Shown piece by piece: positions 40,590 through 49,169 of a stretch of DNA of 64,000 bases (the stretch's first letter is position 1; each line of letters begins with the position of its first letter). Source of the stretch: a bacterium (GTDB lineage: Bacteria; UBA8248; JACPRG01; G963555815); contig OZ244653.1 of the NCBI GenBank assembly GCA_965218795.1, positions 2,848,001 through 2,912,000 of the forward strand. Reading direction: 5' to 3'. The translations under genes and the position numbers were made by a program. A model generated the notes under the pieces. It ran no database searches. It had not been told where the DNA came from and worked only from the letters and a program-made list of their open reading frames with translations.

Positions 40590-41414
40590 TCACTGCCCCG
40601 TAAAAGACGCCATCGGTGACGTATCCGAAATAATCTCCACCTGTTGGTGGGACAGCCGCGCGAAGGCCAGACACATGGCCACCTCCTCCCAGCTGTCCCA
40701 GGTCCCGTGGTCCTCGCCCGTGGCGACCTCGATCACGGTGTAGCGAGGCGGAAGGATCGGAAGGCCGCGATGTTCGGCCGAGCGCACCCAGGACCGGTGC
40801 GCGCACGGCACGCACCGCGCCGCTCCCTGCGAGGGCTCGCCGCAGTCAGTGCAACGCCACCCCACGCGCCTGTGGGCGTAGCGCCTTCGGCTGGCCGCGT
40901 TCTTCCGTGGATGGCGCCCGACCTCGAGAGCCGCGCAGGGACCGCAGCGCGAGGCGTGGTCAAGGATATGTCTTCCGCATCGACCGCACATACCCTCGGC
41001 CCGCCGGGCGGCATACAGCTCCCGTTCGGACGCTTGCCGGGCGTCACGGCAAGACTGGCAGGTCGTACCGCCCTGGACGGGTGCATGACGGCCACAGCGC
41101 GTGCACAGGCCGGCGTCCCGGTATGTCCTGAGACGCTTCCTGCTTCTCTCCCGCCCGATCCTTCGGCGGTCCTGCGGATCCCGGCCGCCGTAGAGCCTGC
41201 CCTCGGCCTTGCCCCTGGCGTACCGGGCGCGTTCGGCCTTGCGCTTCTTCTCGCCGCAGGCATGGCACAGGCTGCGGCCGGGAGGAAGGGACTCTCTTCC
41301 GCATTTGGGGCACAGGCCCTGGGCGATACGCTCCTTGGTGAGCCGGCGGTAGCGTTCCCGGTCTTGCTCCCGGGCCTTGCCGGGATCCTTGAAGGGCACC
41401 AGCATGTCCTCCAT
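40590..41414 (-). CDS. Basic Cys-rich protein with four CxxC...CxxC repeats
   Basis: CPKC..CHAC, CTRC..CQSC, CGRC..CGPC, CTDC..CVPC separated by Arg-rich helices. Confidence 0.65.
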   Translation of the reverse strand: MEDMLVPFKDPGKAREQDRERYRRLTKERIAQGLCPKCGRESLPPGRSLCHACGEKKRKAERARYARGKAEGRLYGGRDPQDRRRIGRERSRKRLRTYRDAGLCTRCGRHAPVQGGTTCQSCRDARQASERELYAARRAEGMCGRCGRHILDHASRCGPCAALEVGRHPRKNAASRRRYAHRRVGWRCTDCGEPSQGAARCVPCAHRSWVRSAEHRGLPILPPRYTVIEVATGEDHGTWDSWEEVAMCLAFARLSHQQVEIISDTSPMASFTGQ

Positions 41415-42279
41415 ACGGTTGGAATCGGGACGACGGACGACCGGCCGTCGGTGGGCCGGCGGGACGTCCCTTGAGAACGCCACTCAGCGCTGCAACATGT
41501 TCCGCCACACAACAGATTCGCCCCAGTACTGGACCCCGGAGTTCCGGAGGTTGGTTCCGGTTGCAATGATGATCTCGTCCCGCGCGGGCCGCATCTTCCG
41601 AACCGCTTGCCGGGACAATATCCTCCCCGTAGCCTCGCGCCGGTTCTTGGCCCTCGTACTCCCGTTGCGCAGGGGCCGGATGTCGCCGTCGGCCATGGAC
41701 CGGAAGCGCTCGACTACGTAGCGGTCGTCATCGAGACCTTGGCCGAACAGGTGGGTGAGGAAGGTGCTTGCGTTGCCGGGATGGGTCTGGACCGTGTGCA
41801 TGGCGCCGTCTCCTTCGGGTGGGTGATCGGGAATGGCGGCGACGTCCTCCCCCGGGACATCCGACCGCCGCCCGCTCACGGCCCGGCTCGGCCTCTTCGG
41901 GATGCACCACGCGTCCGGGGGAACGACCCCTGTGGCAGTCGTTCAGCCGGCAATCCGTTTGCTGAACGGACGAACTGCGGTCCGGCCCGGTGCTATTGAC
42001 CGGCTTTGCTGAAGGGGTTTGGTGAGCGATAGCTGGTGGACGTAATGTTTTCCCCAAAACCGGAAGATAGGGTCTCTCCAGAGGAAATTCCTTTCCTTCC
42101 GGCTCGCTGCTCCGGGAAGCACTTGGGACGACGTCTTGAGCCGGTTGCAGCCATAGGCCGGATGATCCAGCGTCGGCTCTTTGCTCCTCGCAGAGTTGGA
42201 CCCTAGTAGTTGGGCAGTGGACGGGGCCTGAACAGTGGTATCTTCTGCCGTACAGTTCTCCGAGGAGAAGGAGCGGAAG

Positions 42280-42570
42280 ATGACCCGAAGAAAGCGACGT
42301 CACCATTCATCGGCCTTTAAGGCGAAGGTCGCGCTGGCGGCTGTGAAGGCAGAGAAGACCTTGGCAGTGCTTGCCGAACAGTTCGATGTGCATCCGAATC
42401 AGATCCAGGACTGGAACAGACGCCTGGTGGAGGGAGCCGAGGACGTGTTCGGGGGGAACGCAGTGCAAGCCCAGCACACGGACCGCGAGTTCGAGAAGCT
42501 GCACGCCAAGATCGGGCAGTTGACGATGGAGAATGATTTTTTATCCAACGGGCTCGGTCGCGACCGATGA
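42280..42570 (+). mobile_element. IS3-family orfA remnant (orfB absent)
   Basis: AFKAKVALAA...FDVHPNQI...LHAKIGQLTMENDFL. Confidence 0.85.
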
Positions 42571-42661
42571 GTGAGCGCCGGGCACAGATTCACACGCCAC
42601 ATCGGTTAACGAAGAGGCTGTCAAGATCGATTAAAATCTAGGACGAGAGGGAGGACCCAAA

Positions 42662-43291
42662 ATGGAAGTGGTTGAGGTTTATGATGACAGGGGGTACTTT
42701 CGCATCAAGGGGATATGCCCACATTGCAAAACAACAACCACATTCCCTACACTCGAAAGACCATGCAAGGAGTCAGATGAGTATGGGAACGCCCAGTTGA
42801 TCGGGGCTTGCAGATGCGATGCCTGCTCTGATTTCATTCTCGCAATTTTGGTATGGGATCACGAGCATCGTGAGTACCGATATAAAGAACACCACCCCGT
42901 CGGTGACCCCAACGATTCCGTTTCCGAGGAAGTGCCCCCCGAAATTTCAGAAGATTTTAAGGAGGCGCTCAGGTGCATGTGGGCAAAATCGTTCAAGGCA
43001 ACCGTTCTGATGTGCAGAAGGGCGCTACAGGTGAGTTGCGACAGGGAGAGTGCGGAAGGGAGGGATCTTTTCACTCAGATTGATGATTTGGCATCCAAGC
43101 AGCATATTACAAAACCACTAAAAGACTTGGCACACGGAATACGACTCCTGGGAAAAAGGGGAGCGCACGGTGATTTCTCCGACGTGGACGACACGATAAC
43201 CAAAAAAGATGCGGAAGATGCAATCAAATTCATGGCCCACTATTTGGATCACGTTTATGTTTTGCCAAAGCGGCTAGAAGATAGTCTATAA
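42662..43291 (+). CDS. DUF4145 (HEPN-like) protein with N-terminal Zn ribbon
   Basis: CPHC...CDAC; DFKEALRC...MCRRALQ...IRLLGKRGAHG; lower GC than flanks. Confidence 0.75.
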   Translation: MEVVEVYDDRGYFRIKGICPHCKTTTTFPTLERPCKESDEYGNAQLIGACRCDACSDFILAILVWDHEHREYRYKEHHPVGDPNDSVSEEVPPEISEDFKEALRCMWAKSFKATVLMCRRALQVSCDRESAEGRDLFTQIDDLASKQHITKPLKDLAHGIRLLGKRGAHGDFSDVDDTITKKDAEDAIKFMAHYLDHVYVLPKRLEDSL

Positions 43292-43344
43292 TCCCCTTGC
43301 GAGCGGGTTTTCAGGAATAGTCGCAAAAAACATTAGGTATCCCC

Positions 43345-43461
43345 ATGCCCTCCCCCGAAATCCTCAACGTAGAGCCCCGCGAGGCCGTGGAGTTCTTCCG
43401 CTCCAAGGGATACCACGTCGCCTTCTCCTGGAAGGACACCGAGGCCCTGGCAACAAGGTAA
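43345..43461 (+). pseudogene. Fragment resembling the N-terminus of phage Mu gpF-like head morphogenesis proteins
   Basis: PREAVEFFRSKGYHVAFSWKDT, then an early stop. Confidence 0.4.
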
Positions 43462-43647
43462 AGCCGGAAGACGTCGCAAAAAGTTTGAAGGAGGACCCAG
43501 GAACAATCGAACACCAAATTGCCCTTGCCATTGCTGAAGACCTTATCGCTGCGAATGCGAACTTTGAAGACTCAATGGACGGCCCCGTCATTGGCCAGGT
43601 GAAAATAATCTACGGTTTAACCCGTAAAGGAATGGAGGTAATTGGCA

Positions 43648-43875
43648 ATGATGACCGCCTATAAAACAGTTTGGGCTCCCGGAACGGATGCTCTGTGGTG
43701 GTCGCCGATCAAGGATCGCTTGGAACCGCTATGGCCGCCAGACACCCCCAGGGAGGAGATGCTGTCTGCATGTGAGGCCGCCTTCAAGAAAAAAGGAATG
43801 AAAATGGATGAGCATGTGTTGGTTCGGCCCGATGTCCACGGGAATCTTATTCCAACTCATCCAGGCCGATCTTGA
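43648..43875 (+). CDS. Small hypothetical protein
   Basis: GGAGG RBS upstream; no recognisable motif. Confidence 0.35.
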   Translation: MMTAYKTVWAPGTDALWWSPIKDRLEPLWPPDTPREEMLSACEAAFKKKGMKMDEHVLVRPDVHGNLIPTHPGRS

Positions 43876-44066
43876 CCAAGCCCATCTTATGTCAACGGGA
43901 TAATCGCCTCCCCAAAACCCTTGATTCCCCGCCGATTCGTCGCACCCCGTCGCATTTCCAATTATTTCCGTCACCCTGACCAGAGGCGTCGGTGCGAGCT
44001 GCTCGATGTGGCCCGTTCAACGGCGTACTACCGTGATGAGCTTTCTCTGCGGTAAGTGACTTAGGA

Positions 44067-44150
44067 TTAATGCCGAGTGAATGTGCCGAAAAACCCCATA
44101 AGCAAGCCGTCTTCAGCCCATCACTCGGCATTAACAACTACTCGGCATTA
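44067..44150. repeat. 14-bp inverted repeat TTAATGCCGAGTGA...TCACTCGGCATTAA plus a third partial arm
   Basis: Arms 44067-44080 and 44121-44134; ACTCGGCATTA at 44140-44150. Confidence 0.65.
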
Positions 44151-44566
44151 CCTCCTTGGGTGGGGTGGATGATGGCGGCGAGGAACGTCCTCTCCCGGAC
44201 GCCCCGCCCCGGCGAGGCATGGCTCGGCGCCGGCTGTCATGGGATATGGATGGTTCGTGAGGACGCATGGCGGATGAGCCGGGACGGGATGCTCCCGGGT
44301 AGGTTCGAGAGGGTTTCCGGAGCGTTCCCATCCCGCCCGGCTCTGGCTGGCGGCCTTCGTGGCCGATGGAAATCATCGAGAGATGGACACCGGCCTTGAC
44401 GACCATGCCGGCTAGCGCAGGGTGGTCAACTCATCAAGGGAAAATATGGGAAACCGTATCTATGACCAGGTGGGTTGCGGAGGTTGAACCCTTCACCGAA
44501 ACGGAACATCATTGTCGTTCTCACCCGGGCGCAGGCAAACGATGTCGTGTTTATGATCGATGCGTC

Positions 44567-44587
44567 GTGTTGCAATAGTGTTGACAA
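44567..44587 (+). promoter_or_regulatory. Putative integrase arm-type sites at the right end
   Basis: GTGTTGCAAT and GTGTTGACAA, same motif and orientation as 5537-5558. Confidence 0.6.
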
Positions 44588-44661
44588 TAATTATCTAGTA
44601 AATCAATTTATCAATAAATTATTTATATTCAATAGTTTATATCACATAAAAACTATTGAAT

Positions 44662-44897
44662 ACATGTTCGAGAAGCACGCGACGAAGGGCCGGCTGGTCT
44701 ATGTGGCGGGCAAGCTGCAGACCCGTCGCTGGAAGAAGGACGACGAGGACTCCGACCGGTTCTCGACGGAGATCCTGCTGGTTCCGGGCGGGCGCGTGCA
44801 GTTCCTCGACAAGCCCAACGGCAACGGCGCGCCGGTCGCGGGGGCGGACCCGGCGATGCCGTCCGCCGAGGCGGCGGTGGAAGACATTCCGTTCTGA
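44662..44897 (+). pseudogene. ssb: attR core plus ssb 3' half
   Basis: MFEKHATKGRLVYVAGKLQTRRW...EDIPF continues the 5186-5394 fragment in frame. Confidence 0.92.
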
Positions 44898-44925
44898 GGC
44901 CGCATTCCGTTTCCTCTCTCCACCT

Positions 44926-44958
44926 GGGCCGGCGCTTCGCGCGTCGGCCCTTTTTCTT
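44926..44958 (+). terminator. Intrinsic terminator after outer ssb
   Basis: GGGCCGGCGCTTCGCGCGTCGGCCC-TTTTT. Confidence 0.65.
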
Positions 44959-45091
44959 GCTGCCCGTTCCGAGACAGCGCCCGTTCGGGCCTCGCGCCAG
45001 CGCTGCGCGCGGCGCTTCGCCCTCCGGCGCCGGCCGGAGGCAAAGGCCGGCCGGTATCGGGCGTTCCCCGTCCATCCAGAGGAGGCCCGTC

Positions 45092-46123
45092 ATGCCGCCC
45101 CCATCGTCCCGTTCCGCATCTCCCGCCGCCGACATCGCCGCCGCGCTCGGCGCGAGCGCCGAGGCCGTCTGCCGGCGTTATCTGCCGCAGGGCCGCAAGC
45201 AGGGCCGGTACTGGGTCGCCGGCGATCTCGAAGGCGCTCGCGGCCGCTCGCTCTTCGTCCGCCTGCACGGTCCCGGGGTCCCCGGGAAGTGGGCCGACGC
45301 GGCCACCGGAGAGCACGGGGACCTGATCGATCTCGTCCGGCATCGCTCGGGCGCGCCGACGCTTCGCGCGGCGCTCGCCGAGGCCCGCGCCTTCCTCGCC
45401 CTGCCGGCTCCGCCGCCGTCGGGCGAGAGCTACGACGCAACGGAAGCGGCCCGCCGCCTCTGGCGGCGTTGCCGCGCCATCGGCGGCACCCATGCGGAGG
45501 CCTATCTCCGCGCCCGCGGGCTCGCGCGCTGCCGGTTCCCGGCATTGCGCTTCCATCCCGAGCTTCGCTATCGCGAAGGCTCTTCCCTGCGCCGTTTCCC
45601 GGCGCTGGTCGCCGCCGTGACCGGCGACGACGGCGCCATCCACGGCGTGCAGCGCACCTGGCTCGATCCGCGCTTGCCCGCCAAGGCGGACGTCGCGGCC
45701 CCGCGCAAAGCGCTCGGCCGCATCCACGGACGCGCCGTGCGCTTCGGCAGGCCCGCCGCCGACGCTTCGCTGCTCGTCGGCGAAGGCATCGAGACGGTGC
45801 TGTCGATCGTCACCGCGGCGCCCGGGGTCATTTCGGCCGCCGCGCTCTCGGCCGGAAGCCTCGGCGCCTTCGCTCCGCCTGGCGGCGTCGCGCGCCTCGT
45901 CATCGCCCGCGACAACGATTCCGAGGGCGAACGGGCCGCCCAACGCCTCGCCCGGCGCTGCGCGCGGGCGGGCGTCGCCGCCCACGTCATCGTCTCCGAA
46001 TACGGCGACTTCAACGACGATCTGGTCACTCTCGGACCCCGGGCCCTGGCCCTTCGGCTCGCCGCCCTGTTCCCCGCGCCGCAGCGGGTCGGAGAGAGGG
46101 AGGGAAGAGCGGGGGAGGGGTGA
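45092..46123 (+). CDS. Toprim-domain primase-like protein (outer copy)
   Basis: Near-identical to 37874-38905. Confidence 0.8.
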   Translation: MPPPSSRSASPAADIAAALGASAEAVCRRYLPQGRKQGRYWVAGDLEGARGRSLFVRLHGPGVPGKWADAATGEHGDLIDLVRHRSGAPTLRAALAEARAFLALPAPPPSGESYDATEAARRLWRRCRAIGGTHAEAYLRARGLARCRFPALRFHPELRYREGSSLRRFPALVAAVTGDDGAIHGVQRTWLDPRLPAKADVAAPRKALGRIHGRAVRFGRPAADASLLVGEGIETVLSIVTAAPGVISAAALSAGSLGAFAPPGGVARLVIARDNDSEGERAAQRLARRCARAGVAAHVIVSEYGDFNDDLVTLGPRALALRLAALFPAPQRVGEREGRAGEG

Positions 46124-46147
46124 ACGGATCCAAAGGAGAAAGGGAGC

Positions 46148-46457
46148 GTGGCGCACATCGTCAATCTCAGGCATGCGCCCGCCCTGCGGGCGGCGCTCGA
46201 CGGCAAGGCGGAGCACGGCGGGACCGTGCGGATCGACCACCGCTCTCAATGGGGGAAACCGGTTCCGCATCGGTCCGAACGGACCGCGCGATGAAGTGAT
46301 CGCGCGCTATCGCGCCGAGGTCGGGCTCGACGAACTCGCCGCCCTTCACGGCAAGCCGCTGGCCTGCTGGTGCGCGCCGCTCCCCTGCCATGGGCAGGTC
46401 CTCGCCCGCGCCGCGGCATGGGCGGCCTCCGTTCTGGCGGAACGGAGGGGAGAGTGA
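46148..46457 (+). pseudogene. DUF4326-like gene, frameshifted, with the DLWRRIRAA segment deleted
   Basis: Retains LACWCAPLPCHG; same extra base in the G5-A3 run as the inner copy. Confidence 0.65.
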
Positions 46458-47104
46458 AGCGGGAGAGGGGCGAACGCCGCGAGGAGGGAGAGAGAGGGCC
46501 CCGGGCATCGGCAACACGGAAGGAGAACCGAAATGCAATCCGTTACCTTCAGGAGCATCGCCCGTACGAGTCGAGGGTCTACCACCATGGCAATCTCGCC
46601 GGCGAGGTTGCGGAGCGACTCGTCGATACGCGTCCCTTGCGGTGACGAGCCATGCCGTCTTCGGGCGATCCCTTCGGGCCGGGCTATCCGCTGCAATCTC
46701 CGCTTGCCGGCGCCCGAGACCCGGGTCTCAATCCCGGAACCGCCCAGGGGGTCCACGCCAGTGGCTAACAAACACTACTCCTCCCGACGTGATGGACCAT
46801 TGTCCCACACGTGCTCGCTGCGCCAACCCCTAAGGGGTCCTACTCTCCGCTCCGCTCCGTTCCGGCCCTGGCTCGCAAGGCTACGGCGCTGAAGCGCCTA
46901 GGCGTGGCGAGAACCGCGACCGAGGCTCCGCGCTCCCTGCGGTCGCTTGTGCGCCCGCACCACTCGCGCCCCTCGCCGCGCCAGGCCTTGCGGCCACGGT
47001 GGCTTTGCTGCGCGCGCGTGGGCCAAATCAACCATCACGTCCGGAGACAGACTCCGCACAACGAACCGTAACGGTTCTCTACACTCTATCCAAAGGAGAG
47101 CATC

Positions 47105-48028
47105 ATGCACGATATCGACAACATCTCAGAGCAGAACCAGTCCGTCACCGCCACCGTCTGCGACCAGGCGGCTCTCTTCGGCGCAACTCCAGAGCGCGAT
47201 GAATTCGACAACCGGGAGGTCTGGGACCCGGAGAACGCCCTCTCCGCCGTCACGGAAGCCTTCCGCATCCTCGCACTGGGCGTCGGGCCAGACGGAATGC
47301 AACTCGCCGACGAACGCGAGAGCCTGCTCTGGGGCTTCGTCAACATGCTCGACGCGCAGACCCAACGCCTCGACCGCGCGGCCGACAGGCTCGTCCCCGA
47401 CATGCGCGACCTCCAGCGAGAGCAGGACGGCTCCGAGATTCGGTCCCGAGAGCTCGAACTCATCACCGACCGAACCAAGAACCTCACGGACCGGCGGGAC
47501 GCCTTCGAGCAACTCAGAGATGCAGCGGCCGAAGCCTACCGGGTCGAGACCGGCGATGTCTGGCGGCCCCGGCGCGGTTCCCACACCTCCCAGACCGGCA
47601 AGCTCACTTCAGCCATGATCGACGCCCGCGACTTCCAGCGTGCCCGCAAGGACCGCGAGAACAAGGCGCTCCTGCCCCAGGGAACGCTGGTCGCGGTGGC
47701 AGGCGGCAAGCAGGCCGGCGACGCCAACGCCGTCATCCGCACCCTCGAGAAGCTCAGGGCCAAGTACGACGACGTGGTCCTGGTCCACGGAGGCGGCCCC
47801 GGCGTCGAGCGCATCGCGGCCAAGTGGGCGGATCGCAACGGCGTCCACCAGATCGTCTGCAAGCCCGACTGGGACGCACACGGCAGGGCGGCTCCCTTCC
47901 GGCGCAATGACGAGCTGCTCGATCTCCTGCCCAAGGGCGTCATCGCGTTCCCGGGTTCGGGCATCACGGACAATCTGGTCGACAAGGCGCGCAAGCTCGG
48001 TATCCCGGTCCAGTGCGTTGCCGCCTGA
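47105..48028 (+). CDS. DUF2493 / YspA-SLOG domain protein (outer copy)
   Basis: Near-identical to 35962-36885. Confidence 0.8.
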   Translation: MHDIDNISEQNQSVTATVCDQAALFGATPERDEFDNREVWDPENALSAVTEAFRILALGVGPDGMQLADERESLLWGFVNMLDAQTQRLDRAADRLVPDMRDLQREQDGSEIRSRELELITDRTKNLTDRRDAFEQLRDAAAEAYRVETGDVWRPRRGSHTSQTGKLTSAMIDARDFQRARKDRENKALLPQGTLVAVAGGKQAGDANAVIRTLEKLRAKYDDVVLVHGGGPGVERIAAKWADRNGVHQIVCKPDWDAHGRAAPFRRNDELLDLLPKGVIAFPGSGITDNLVDKARKLGIPVQCVAA

Positions 48029-48296
48029 TCCGAACGACCCGCGGGTCGCGTCGCCAACCGGCGGCGCGGTCCGTTCTTCTTCCGCGTTGCCCGCTGCAGC
48101 ACCGCCCGCCGCACTTCGCACCGCACCGGTGCGGACCCCACTGCTCACTCCGTCCCGCACTGCTCCATGCACCATGCTCCGCACGGCCGCCCGCTCAATC
48201 GCCGCGGCGGCTCCCACGCGCGTCCCGCGCCCGCGGAGATCCCCTCTTCGCTCGTTCCTCGCATTTTGGTCTGTCGGACGCCGGTCGGCGCTTTTA

Positions 48297-48323
48297 CTCT
48301 CACACCCCACGCACCTGGGGTGC
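48297..48323 (-). other. MOBF-type oriT of the outer element; predicted nic 48302/48301
   Basis: Minus strand GCACC-CCA-GGTGC-GTGGGGTGT^GAGAG; TGCGTGGGGTGT^G matches the F nic core. Confidence 0.75.
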
Positions 48324-48414
48324 CCTATGCTCCATGCGCGCGCCTGTCATGCAGTGCCTTGCGCAAACAACGTCAGGGTCAGCCCGGTTGTTGTTGGACC
48401 GAGCGCATGTCGCA

Positions 48415-48547
48415 CCGATATACGTCATCAACCCATTGATATATAATGAACTTCGTCCGGACCAATACACGTCCGATATACGGCCGTCACCAATTTGGGT
48501 GTGCGCGGGAATGCGCCGGGTCAATAGCGACATACGACCGATACACG
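48415..48547 (+). promoter_or_regulatory. Five CCGATATACG-like direct repeats next to the outer oriT
   Basis: Starts at 48415, 48462, 48473, 48527, 48538; two pairs spaced 11 bp. Confidence 0.55.
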
Positions 48548-48773
48548 AGAGGATTCCCAATGTCCGCGGCAATGTCACCATGTTCCCGCCGGGCCATCAT
48601 GCCTCCCGGGGTCGCAGGTGACGTCCGGTATCGTTGCCAGGCCGGTGTTTCATGCCTTGCGGGGCCGTCATGACATGAGCAGTTCGGTACTGAACGGTTA
48701 CAGGATCGCGCCATTCTTTCACCCAAAGCGGCCCCGTATCATCACCCATCGGGCACCAGGAAGGAGCAAGACC

Positions 48774-49169
48774 GTGGCCGAAAACAGTTCGATCAAACCC
48801 GAAGCCAGCGACAGCGGAGACCCGGGACATGACGGCGCGCGCAGGACCAGGGGCATCCGGTTCTCCGATTCCGAGTGGGAAGTGGTCAGGAAGGCGGCCG
48901 AAGAACGTGACGTTGCGGCCGGGAAGCTTGTCCGGGACGCGGTTTTGGATCTGGCCCGTGGCAGGACCGGCGCCGCATCCGCGTCGCTTCCGCCCGGTCA
49001 CGCCGCCCTTCTTGAGGGCGTCTACCGCGGCGTATACATCCTTTCGACCCTGAAACGTGAAGAGATGCTCCGAGAGGGCCGGGACAAAGAGCTGGACGAG
49101 GTCGTTCAGGCCGCGCGCAACGCGCAGGCGGAGGCGCTGAAGCAATCACGGCCGGGGCGGCGTGAATGA
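48774..49169 (+). CDS. Ribbon-helix-helix protein, putative relaxosome accessory factor (outer element)
   Basis: RGIRFSDSEWEVVRKAAEERDV; AAGGAG RBS; positional counterpart of 34962-35294. Confidence 0.6.
   Translation: MAENSSIKPEASDSGDPGHDGARRTRGIRFSDSEWEVVRKAAEERDVAAGKLVRDAVLDLARGRTGAASASLPPGHAALLEGVYRGVYILSTLKREEMLREGRDKELDEVVQAARNAQAEALKQSRPGRRE

Larger units (their letters stand above)
5382..44674. mobile_element. ~39.3-kb integrative mobilizable element inserted in ssb
   Basis: 13-bp direct repeat ACATGTTCGAGAA at 5382-5394 and 44662-44674; removal restores a 432-nt ssb ORF; adjacent tyrosine integrase; internal relaxase, coupling protein and oriT. Confidence 0.88.

Noticed and set aside
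46248-46262. Programmed -1 frameshift at GGGAAAC in DUF4326
   Set aside because: Reading-frame check requires +1, not -1, and both copies have further deletions
46533-46645. Small gene after a strong RBS (also 37346-37458 on the minus strand)
   Set aside because: The plausible coding segment is in a different frame from the ATG in both copies; product cannot be supported
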